Assembly (NCBI GenBank): GCA_964016885.1
Contig: OZ024741.1
Location: 331,948,001 to 332,012,000, forward strand
DNA from: Eledone cirrhosa
Taxonomy: Eukaryota
Length of the DNA stretch: 64,000 nucleotides
Direction: 5' to 3'
Each line of letters begins with the position of its first letter. Positions within the stretch are counted from its first letter, which is position 1. Below, piece after piece: positions 53,931 to 64,000 of the stretch. A program made the translations under genes and the position numbers. The notes under the pieces are model-generated. The model was given only the letters and a program-made list of their open reading frames with translations. It did no database searches and was not told the origin of the DNA.

Positions 53931-55044
53931 ATAATTTACAGAAAATAATTTACAGAAAATAATTTACAGAAAATAATTTACAGAAAACCAAACTTAATCA
54001 ATAATTATGCTGAAGAAAAGACATTAGTTCAATAATTAATATTCAAAAAAATCATTTTGGCTACAAGTGCAGTGATGTTTCAGTCTACTTAAACCTCCTC
54101 AGGTTTAGGACTATACCTGCAGAGGTAGTGATTGATATGAGAATCACAAAGTAGATGTAGAACATTGTACATGAACAGATATAAAAGAGTAGCATATTTG
54201 AAAATTAAACTACTAAAGTTAGAGATGATACCAGCATGAAAAAACAATAGTTAAATTAATACTAACATAATATATTGAGCACCAATAAATTAATTAGAAA
54301 TACTATATGTTATTCATTTCATCAAGTATACAAGATAATTCTAAATAAGTTTTGGCCTTATTAGACATCTTCAGAATATACTGTAAACTTAAGGGATTAA
54401 TACTTAATAAGCAGTGTACATAATCCTGTATTTAGGCTGACGAAGTTCATTATCATCATCATATAATTTTAGGTTTCCCTACAAGTAGAGTTACTGGCGT
54501 GGTAATGCTAGTGCAAGAGTGTATGCCACATGTAAAGGAGGAAGAGGCGGATGATAACAGTGTATGCTACATGTCAAGGAGGGGTAAACAGACCTAGTTT
54601 GACTGAAGTGGCCAGCCCAACACTAAAATGGCCTTCCTACATTAAACCTCTCCAAACATGTGGCTGTATGACAATATTGATAATATCATACGATAGTGGT
54701 AGACAGAATCGGTAGAGCCCCCAGTTCACTATGTGAAGTTGTAGTGCTGTTGTTACAATAAAATGTGTCCAGTCTATTCTATAAAGTGGTAGTGCAGCTG
54801 TTATAATAACATGTATCCAGTTCACTATATAAAGTTGTTGGCATTAAGCTATAGAAACCATGCCAAAACATAACATATAAGCAAGACATGGTCATCTAAT
54901 CTGTCCAATCTCAGAATGTAACAACCAGTTCAATTCATGTCAGTGTGGAATACATATGTGAAATGATGATGATGATAAAGTCGGTGTGGTGTATCTAGAG
55001 AAACTTGCTCTTATGTATGGGTGGAAGGCTAAAGCCAAAATATT

Positions 55045-55262
55045 TATTTCTAATTTAGGCACAAAGCCAACAAATTTTTGGTAAAGGGCAAAGTTGATTA
55101 AAATCAGCCCCAATAATTGACAGGTACTTTATTTTATTGACTCCAGAAGGATGAAAAGCAAAGTTGACCTTCGTAGGATTTGAACTCAGAATGTAAAGAG
55201 CCAGAACAAACACTGCAATGGCATTTTATCCGACGCTCTATCAATTCTGCTTATCTACCACC
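55045..55262 (-). mobile_element. Meta-SINE, diverged subfamily
   Basis: AGGCACAAAGCC...AAGGATGAAAAGCAAAGTTGACC...GGATTTGAACTCAG. Confidence 0.75.
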
Positions 55263-55661
55263 CTACTACTGAAGCCAAAATATTACAAACACAAAGTGGG
55301 CATGACATATATGAACTTGATTAACAGTAGCACTAACACAGCGTGTTTCATAACAGAGGTGCATATAAAGGCATATAATGGTATGTTTATGTACAATAAA
55401 CATATATAAGTCTTGCGATGAATCTTAAAACATGCATAGCAAGACATATTTATTTATTTATTTAATCAATTTAAACGTCTGTATAGAGCTAGTAAACCAT
55501 AACGTGAATTATCTAGGACTAACAGTTCAAAAACACAAGTAAACAAACAAACAAGATAGACAGAGATCTTTGAATAAAAATAAGAATTAAAATAAAATAA
55601 ATCTAAATAGGTTTATTATACATCAACATATCAAATATATGCCTTCATATGCACTTCCTTT

Positions 55662-55866
55662 ATATGAGAGTCAGTTAAAAGGTTCATAGGCTGACCAAGA
55701 TACTCTCATGGAATGACCAAATGAGGTTTATTTTTCAACATAGTCCCTGGAAAGAAACAATGCCATTATTAATAAGAAGAGTTGAAATTAATACATGCAA
55801 GATTTCACAGCCCTAGCATTAGTCCTTCATAGTCAGCTTATGGACTTTTCTGCCTACTCCCGTGTA
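55662..55866. mobile_element. Tc1/mariner MITE
   Basis: TIRs TATGAGAGTCAGTTAAAAGGTTCATAGGCTGAC ... GTCAGCTTATGGACTTTTCTGCCTACTCCCGTG(TA). Partial copies at 13637 and 56280-56365. Confidence 0.7.
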
Positions 55867-55920
55867 TATATATATATGTATATATATGTATATTCATGTA
55901 TACATGTGTATGTATATGCG

Positions 55921-56254
55921 TGGGGACATAGAAATAATTGGGCTGAATACCCAATCACGCGGTTAAACCACTAGGAATGAAGGGCCCCTAGCCTTCTAGG
56001 AGAAGGCAACTCAGGAAACTGGGATAACTCCAACATAAAACCTACGGCTCAGTAGTTACGGATGATATTGATCTTTTCTTCTTTTCGGGTTATAGCTACT
56101 GTCACTCAGCGAGTGGGATTGACTCCGTGCGCAGTCTTTCCTCACTTTAAAAAAAATCTTTACACACAGGCATTGCACGATAGAATTAATTGATAATTAC
56201 TAATAATGTTATATTGTGCAATGGTCATACTCGATAACAAGGTGGCAGCCATCA
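55921..56254 (+). mobile_element. Bipartite RTE derivative, subfamily D
   Basis: CTAGGAGAAGGCAACTC 5'UTR motif, shared core, terminal GGCAGCCATCAT. Confidence 0.65.
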
Positions 56255-56643
56255 TATGTATATGCATATATATATATACAAATTAAAATTAATGCAGGCA
56301 AGATTTCACAGCTCTAGCATCACTCCTTTATAGTCATCCGATGAATTTTCAGCTCAACCTCACATGATATATAAACCTTCATATACACTTCTATTATATA
56401 TGAGCATATAGTGTATTACTTTCTAAAATTCCTACAAAAGCAAATTACCATTCTATTTTGGCAAGACTGTTAAAGCATCAGGTTTCCAATAAAGAATTAC
56501 TTAGGTCTTTGGCCATTATTCTTTAAGTTTCTCTTCTTTTATTGCCAGCCAATTTCTATTTGGCTTTTTCCTAGAATTTCATTTCTTTTCTTTTTTTCTT
56601 TTTTTTTCTTTTTTTTTTAGTTTGTTAGTGTTTTTGCTTAGTT

Positions 56644-56682
<39 letters not shown>

Positions 56683-57144
56683 TTACTTTTTCTTTGGTCA
56701 GCTTATTTCCGAAATGTTTTATTTCTTAATAACGATAAAACAGTCAATAATTTTACCATTTATTCCCAGAGTTACACGTTACACTCCCTGATGTTCTTGC
56801 TCTTGCTCTTCTTCCACATTTACATGGTCAGTGCATATAGTCATTTATTGCATTACTACGTTAACATTCTGTCCCTCATGTTTCTCATTGCTTTACTTAA
56901 TACTTTACTTTGGCAAAACATTCTGAGGAAATAATTCTCCTTACAAGAGGAGTTCTTGTCATTTATTTATGCCTCTCTGTGATATACACAGCTAAAGTGT
57001 AATGGTGGTGATATTACCAGTGGAAGAAGAAGTAGTAGGAGCCAACACTCTGTCGTCATGTTTCGGCAAATTAAATGTTAAAGATACTCGCAAAAGATAG
57101 GTGAAGTGTGTAATTATTGTTGCTGCTGCTGCTGCACATTGTTT

Positions 57145-57148
57145 CTAT

Positions 57149-57183
<35 letters not shown>

Positions 57184-57299
57184 GTACTACTACTACTACT
57201 ACTACTACTACTAGTACTACTACTACTACTACTACCACCGCCACCACCACCACCACCACCACCACCACCACCACCACCACCACCACCACCACCACCACC

Positions 57300-57345
<46 letters not shown>

Positions 57346-57745
57346 TCACAAACACTACCACCATCATTACAACAACAACTACTACCACCACCATTACCAC
57401 AACAACAAATACTATCATCATTACCAGCACCATCACAACAATACTACCATCATTACCACCACCACCACCACCACAACAACAACTACCATCATTACCACCA
57501 CCACCAACACAACAACAACACCAACAAATACTACCATCATTACCACCACCACCACCACCACCAAAACAACAACTACTACTGCCATTATTACCACCACTAC
57601 CACTACTACAACAACTATTACCACCACAAATATCACCATCACCACCAGCACCACAACTACTACCACTCCCACTACCACAAGCACCACCACCACCATCACC
57701 AACATCACAACAACACCACCATCACCATCACTACTACTACTACAT
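57145..57745. repeat. (CTA)n/(CCA)n/(CAA)n compound microsatellite
   Basis: Direct. Confidence 0.95.
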
Positions 57746-58434
57746 CAGTAATATCGTTATTTTATTGGAATAAGAACAGTGTAAGTTCTTCAAGTTACAC
57801 TAATGTCGCTTCTTTTAGTCGGAGACAAGATAGCTCCTACTTAAAATATATTAGATTCTTTTCATTTGAAAAATGCACCCAAAATAGGAAAGATCATCAG
57901 AGGTGTGATTCATTTTAGATTTAGCCTCAGGTAATGATGTTATTTTTTTCTTTCGTTCTTCTTTGCTTTTAAGAACATCATTTCCCTGCAATGAGAATTA
58001 ATTTTCAATTGATCAGAACACATCCTGTTGTAGACTGTGTCACATTTAGAATTATATTCTCAGTTGTGATAGGTGAGGATAGGAGTAGGGGGCAGAAGTA
58101 GATATAGAGATATCTATTTTCTTGAAATGAAAACCCACTTTTAACTCGTTTGTTACCATGTTTCTAATGAAAGACACAAAGTGTAATTGACAAATCCTTT
58201 TTGAAAATAAACTGGAATTTGGAGGGATATAGTAATGTAACTAATTTTCTCATTATTAAGCTGGTGTTTTGGAGCATCACTTAACAAGGGTTATTACATT
58301 AAACTGTGAAGGAGTATTTTAAATATCTATAAGTATTTTAAAACATAGAAACAGAGATAGATTTTCTTGAAAATCCACTTTTAACCCTTTTTTATTACTA
58401 TGTTCTAATGAAAGAGACAGAGTATAATTGACAA

Positions 58435-58690
58435 ATCTTCTTCTTTACCCACTTATTCCTGAGAGGGTCGGGGGGGGGGGGCAGTGTCCTCAAACATTCC
58501 TTCCAGCAGGTCCTGTCAGAAGCAACCACCCCCAACTGATCTGGCTGGATCACCAAGCAAGACCAGCCAAGCTCATAGATGTTATCCAACCATCTTGCTC
58601 GGGGTCTACCCCTGGGTTTCCTGCCAGCTGGTTTGGCCCGTAAAATCTTTTCAGCGATTCTTTCCTGAGACGTTCTAACCACATGCCAAT
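58435..58690 (-). mobile_element. RTE LINE 3' fragment (different family, (AGA)n-type end)
   Basis: Encodes HVVRTSQERIAEKIL..KPAGRKPRGRPRARWLDNI...ASDRTCW. Flanked by a duplicated host piggyBac-like repeat. Confidence 0.75.
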
Positions 58691-58789
58691 AGTATTTGGA
58701 GGATATAGTAATACACAAATTTTCTCATTTTTTCATGGTGCATAACTTAACAGAGGTTATTACATAAAATTATTATGCAGGACTTTTAA

Positions 58790-58986
58790 CCCATTAGCAT
58801 TTACATTATTCTATATACACTATTGTATTTTCACAGTGAAGGCTTTACCTCACATAATATCTCACATAATATTGAATCTATGAGATTTTGATACTATTTA
58901 TTTTGAGAACAATACCTTCACATCAATATGAACAGAAAGAGGTGAAAGAATTCTGACCAGATACAGCCGGTTTAAATGCTAAAGGG
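58790..58986. mobile_element. piggyBac-like MITE with TTAA TSD
   Basis: TTAA|CCCATTAGCATTTA ... TAAATGCTAAAGGG|TTAA. Confidence 0.8.
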
Positions 58987-59140
58987 TTAAATGCATATAA
59001 GTACTTTAAAACATAATAACAAGGGCCATTTCCGACAGTTTGGGGTCAAAAGGTTAAAAAGAGCTCTTTCATCTTAGATTCACCATATTGTACTGGCTTT
59101 CTGAAATACTTATCAGTCAGTTATTTGATTTATTAGATAT

Positions 59141-59345
59141 CCACATGGCTTAGTGGTTAGAGAATTAGATTTATAATCATTGGGTTGGGAGTTCCTTTCC
59201 CGGACCAGGTGATGCATTATGACCTTGAACAAGACACGTTATTTCACATTGCTCTTTCTGTCAAGAGTTGCAACCAGTAGATACTATCAGCAATTGAAAG
59301 AACAATGGAAACATTGTTTCCTTGGTCTGATTTAATGAGTTCCAC
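59141..59345 (+). mobile_element. tRNA-CORE SINE
   Basis: CACATGGCTTAGTGGTTAGAG...CCTTGAACAAGACACGTTATTTCACATTGCTC. Relatives at 31670-31878 and 60830-61012. Confidence 0.7.
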
Positions 59346-59783
59346 CCCACTTGGTAAGCCAATGAGGTCTGGGATCTTGTCATTTGTATTTACTGTAGTT
59401 TTAGTAGTTAGGTTTCCATTGTAATATTCATTATATAATTGGTAGTGTACCAGCATGGCCTCAACCAGTTGGTTAGAAGAAATAAAAGTGATATAGTGGT
59501 TGATTGGGCAGAACCATTTCAGTGCCAGATATTTGTCCTTGGTTTATAAATTCTGAGGTCAAATCCCACCAAGGTCCACTTTACTTTTTAGCCTTTAAGG
59601 ATGTAACACCTGGAAGGAGAGAGGACTGCACTAATACTGGGATAGTACTTTCTTTGTCCACCCTGAAAGTATGAAAGACAAAGGGGATCTCAGCAGGATT
59701 TGAACACAGAACACAGAGACCAGGAACAAATATCCAACATTCCACCAACTGCCATGCTGATCACCTCTCTCTCTCTCTCTTTC

Positions 59784-59818
<35 letters not shown>

Positions 59819-59873
59819 ATATACACACACACATGCATACATAGGATTCTGAATCTGAACTATACATAGATGC

Positions 59874-59907
<34 letters not shown>

Positions 59908-59974
59908 CTTATTTAGAAACAAATTCAATAAAGAGCTAAGTCATGTCTCTAATTCATCAGAATTGGGTCTTTGC

Positions 59975-60006
<32 letters not shown>

Positions 60007-60069
60007 GATATATATATATATATACATAATATTTATATATATATATGTATATATATATATCTATATATA

Positions 60070-60179
<110 letters not shown>

Positions 60180-60263
60180 ATATATTAAAAAAATATATAT
60201 TCATGTATATGTATTATATATATAATATATTTTTTTTAAAATATATAATATATATAATATTCG

Positions 60264-60294
<31 letters not shown>

Positions 60295-62559
60295 GAAAAT
60301 AATCTTTTCTCTAGAAAATGATGATGTTGGAAGCTCTCTGAACATTCTATTTCAAGAGGAGCAGAACTAGATACTGTAATACCACTCCTAATGATCATTT
60401 AGTTAGAAATGGGATTACCTTTTTCTTTTTTGCATTTTTTCGGAAAACATTTTTTTCTGACATATGGAAGTGTGTATATATATATATATATATACTTCCA
60501 TATGTCAGAAAGAAAACAAAATATATATATATATATACACATATAACTATATATGTGTGTGCTTGTGGATACATGCATATATACGTGTTAATATACCTGT
60601 ATGCACACACATATTGTCACCATCATTTATTATGCTTGCTTCTCTATGCTAGCATGGGTTGGATGGGAAATTATAAAACAGTGTTTTATGGTTGGATACA
60701 GTTCCTGAGAGTAAGACATCTCATCATCTTTTATGACATACTCATGTATATGTATATCATGTACAATTTTTTTATTTTAAAACCAAAAACAAGATCACAA
60801 ACCTTCTTTGTTTACCAACTGAGGTGGAACTCATCAAATTGAACTATGGAAACAATGTCTACATCAGTCTTTCCATTGCAAATACTATCTACTTGTCACA
60901 ACTTGCTGAAAAAGCAACGTGAAATAAAGCTCAAGAATATAACGCATCACCTGATCCAGGAATCAAATTGGCAACCTCTTGGTTGTGGATTCTACATGAA
61001 ACCACATGCCTTCATGTAGAATATGTTTAATAAAATATATATTTACTATTGCTTTAAAATATAATCTGTGATTAAGTCACACACTCTTTTCTAGCTGAGA
61101 GTGAGGATTCAATCGATATGTGTTTTACATTTACAAATAAATTAATAATCTTAGCTACTGTGTAGATGGTATGATTTCTTCACAGATTTTATTTTCACAA
61201 TGATACTAAATGTAAGCTCAGTAAAATTATTGTATATGATTTCCACATCATCATCATTATCATCATCATCATCATTACTGTTTAATGTCCATTTTTCCAC
61301 ACTACCATGGGTTAGTTGAGCCATCCCAATGTGAGACAAGTGAGATCAGGTGACCATATCTTGCTCATACAGAACTGTTTCTGACTTGGTTTCTACAGCT
61401 GAATGTCCTTTCTAATGCCAACAACATTTATAGCATGAACTGGGTGGTTTTTGTTGTGACATCTAAACAACTACTTTCCAGTGTGGATTAGGTGCCTTTT
61501 ATTGTGGCTCCAAAATAACAAACTGACGGGTTGGACTGGGTACTTCTTCATTGTGTCATGAACACGACCACCTTACAGGGGGCCTAGCTGCTTTTTTTTT
61601 GTGTTGGTGACACAACCACATATACATCCATTTAAACAATGCTGTATTGGCGCCTATCATCATCATCACTGTTATTATGTTTGGGAATCAAGATGCTGTG
61701 TTGTCCTGTGTTGTTTTTTTAAGATGAGAAATACTGCATGTTGTAATAGATGACTAAAAGAGTTGGTGACAGGAAGGGTGTCTGGTTGTTAAACATTGTC
61801 TCAAAACATCCTATCCAACCAATACAGCATGAGGTAGTGGACATAAAAATAATGATGAAGATGAGGATAATAATTCAACTGAGAAGTGAATGAAGTTATA
61901 ATAAAAGACTTAAAATGATATTGTTGCATTTTAGATGGAGCATACTGCACATAAAATCCACACACACACTGGCTGTATTTCACTTCAGCTTTATTAACAA
62001 TTATTAGCTAATAAGTCAATTAATTAATCAAATGATTAATTTATTTATGAAAGTTCTTTTATCACAGCCTGTTATTCTACCCACACCCCCTCATACCCTC
62101 TATTTGCCTCTCAGAACCTAATAATATCTTTTACTGGCATTACCCAATATATACAGGGTGAGTCATAAGTAACTGGGAAGTCAATCCATCTCTATTGCAA
62201 AGGTTCACAGATAACTTTTTGAACAACCGATTATTTGTGTGTGATCAGCCATGATTATATTTTTTTAGCTACTTTTGTTTGATATATTTATAATTTCATA
62301 ATGTATGTCCAGAACTTTAGTAGATATTATAATTTTGAATGTAAATGTTGTACTGCTTGGTTACTTATGACATGTAAGGGTTCTTGTTTTCAGATGTTTA
62401 TCAGTGGTTAAAGAGAATGATAAAAATAAACATGCACACGTGTATTTTCACCACAACATTTATAATGAAATACTTTAGATTTAGCTATATTACATTTATT
62501 GTACCACAATATGTTTTAATACACTGTTTCATGTAAAGAATCTCATCGCAAAATTGAAC

Positions 62560-63155
62560 TGAGAATGTTGTAAGGTGCTTGTACTGGCACCACAATAAAA
62601 AGTACCCACCCTGTCCACATTCTAGGGCAGTCATGCTGACACCACAATAAAAGTACCCACGCAGTAACATTCTAAGGCAGTAGAGTAGGTGTCACAATAA
62701 AAGTACCCAACCAGTCAACATTTTAAGACAGTCACACTGGTGCCACTATAAAAAGCTATCCATTTTTCACCCCATAAAATGCTAATGCTGGCACCACAAT
62801 AAAAAGTACCCACTCAGTCTACATTCTAAGGCAGTCGAGCTGGTGTCACAATAAAAGCTATCCAGTTTTAACTCTGTAAAGTGGTAGTGTTGGTGCCACA
62901 ATAAAAGGCACTTACCTAGACAACATTTTATGGCAGTCATCATGGTGTCACAAGAAAAAGCATCTGGGTTTTCACCCCATAAAGTGGTAGTGCTGGTACC
63001 ACCATAAAATGCTACTAGTACATGCTGTGAGGTGATTGGCATTAAGAAGGGCATCCAGCCATAAAAACCATGTCAAAAATGGAACATACGAGCTAGATAT
63101 GAACATCTGACCAGTTGATGATGATGGTGTTAATGGTGATGATGGTGGTGATGAT
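62560..63155 (+). repeat. ~50-bp tandem array derived from the RTE/SINE 3'UTR subrepeat, ending in an RTE-type tail
   Basis: About 8 units GG(C/T)(A/G)(C/T)CACAATAAAAAGTACCCAC...ACATTCTAAGGCAGTC, then GATTGGCATTAAGAAGGGCATCCAGCC and (GAT)n. Confidence 0.75.
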
Positions 63156-63169
63156 GTAAAACTTTTAAT

Positions 63170-63197
63170 TAATTTAATTTCAATCTTATCATTACAG
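63170..63197 (+). promoter_or_regulatory. 3' splice site preceding the protocadherin exon
   Basis: TTAATTTAATTTCAATCTTATCATTACAG|ATA. T-rich tract with CAG at 63195-63197, 50 nt upstream of the ATG. Confidence 0.65.
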
Positions 63198-63247
63198 ATA
63201 CCTTTTCTATCGGAGGATTACGAAATGCAGTTGTGTTAAACCAAAGC

Positions 63248-64000
63248 ATGAAAATGCTGCTTTCATTTTTCATATTGTTTTTTGTCCTGCCCTACTCTTC
63301 TTATTGTGTGGATCTTATCTACAGAGTAGAAGAAAGCAAGAATGCTAGAACTTATTTAGGGGACATTGCCAAAGATTCCCACTTGTTGGATCGAATCCCT
63401 GTCCAATTACAAGACCAGGTGACATTTAGTCAGCTGCAAGGTGGTACACTTGCAACTCTACAGTTATTCAATGTTTCTAAGACTGGAAAGCTATACACTG
63501 CACAGACACTAGATGCAGAGAGCCTTTGTACATATAACACAGAATGTTTCAAAATGGTTGACATTGCTGTCAGGCAGGAGGAAACATTTATAAAAATTCT
63601 CAAAGTAAAGATTTTAGTGGAAGACATAAATGACCATTCTCCGGAATTTCCAGAAAAACAAATCAAACTAGAATTTTCTGAGACTGATGGAAAGGGAACT
63701 TCAAGATTGGTACCCAACGCTATTGACAAAGATGTTGGACTACCGAATTCTCAGATAACATATCAGATAGAAGATATTTTGGAAGAACCATTTACGTTAT
63801 CGGTTTCTAAAAGAGTAGATGGTACAGCTACTCTTGAGATCGTTTTAAAAGAAAGGCTGGATAGAGAAGCTAAAGACTCTTACATACTACAGGTTGTGGC
63901 TAAAGATGGGGGCTTCCCTTCAAGAAAAAGTGTTTTGAAAGTTTACATAACAGTTATTGATGTAAATGACAATCGACCAGTTTTTCCTCAAAGTATTTAT
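63248..64000 (+). CDS. PCDH: Protocadherin, N-terminal part (signal peptide, EC1, EC2, start of EC3); runs off the window end
   Basis: 251 open codons: MKMLLSFFILFFVLPYSSYC-VDLIYRVEE...GDIAKD...LDAESLCTYNTECF...DINDHSPEF...AIDKDVGLPNS...LDREAKDSY..VVAKDGG...DVNDNRPVFPQSIY. Shows cadherin Ca2+ motifs, EC1 C-X5-C, no prodomain and no intron. Absent from the ORF track because there is no stop in the window. Symbol is family-level only. Confidence 0.96.
   Translation, partial: MKMLLSFFILFFVLPYSSYCVDLIYRVEESKNARTYLGDIAKDSHLLDRIPVQLQDQVTFSQLQGGTLATLQLFNVSKTGKLYTAQTLDAESLCTYNTECFKMVDIAVRQEETFIKILKVKILVEDINDHSPEFPEKQIKLEFSETDGKGTSRLVPNAIDKDVGLPNSQITYQIEDILEEPFTLSVSKRVDGTATLEIVLKERLDREAKDSYILQVVAKDGGFPSRKSVLKVYITVIDVNDNRPVFPQSIY

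Noticed and set aside
54335-54382. HHR-like remnant on the minus strand (CTGAAGA-TGTCTAATAAGGCC-AAAA)
   Set aside because: GAAA is mutated, and stem I and the NUH do not fit. Likewise 16062, 9012 and 59956 lack a matching GAAA/stem I.
57106-57918. Mucin- or proline-rich ORFs (poly-T, poly-P, poly-H)
   Set aside because: Trinucleotide microsatellite open in several frames on both strands. The same applies to 18945-19589, 19854-20108, 25437-25655 and 39840-40302.
62560-63010. CRISPR-like repeat-spacer appearance (also 5310-5470)
   Set aside because: Eukaryotic context, degenerate units, inter-repeat segments homologous to each other, no cas genes.
63430-63729. 99-aa minus-strand ORF
   Set aside because: Antisense shadow of the protocadherin CDS.

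Overview
AT-rich, microsatellite-saturated eukaryotic DNA. It is most likely an Octopus genome, inferred from the repeat families and the protocadherin type. The only host coding sequence is the start of a protocadherin on the + strand (63248 to the window end: signal peptide, EC1 with C-X5-C, EC2, first residues of EC3), preceded by a splice acceptor. The upstream ~63 kb is therefore intron, 5'UTR intron or intergenic DNA. It is a mosaic of (TA)n and other microsatellites, decayed RTE, Tx1/L1, CR1 and Vingi-like LINEs, Meta- and CORE-type tRNA SINEs, bipartite non-autonomous RTE derivatives, MITEs and Penelope-like elements (PLEs). Almost all ORF-track entries are microsatellite artefacts. 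The most striking signal is RNA structure. By eye I find five complete type I hammerhead ribozyme (HHR) folds of unrelated sequence (38-113, 29372-29488, 34707-34772, 37714-37788, 42349-42400), several damaged ones and one variant-core candidate. There are also many short fold-back (palindromic) elements inserted in (TA)n. In several of these the symmetry centre is the ribozyme stem II and the CUGANGA half is lost, suggesting ribozyme-hairpin-guided twin priming in PLE-type mini-elements. All folds and alignments were done by eye and repeat boundaries are approximate (about +/-10-20 bp).
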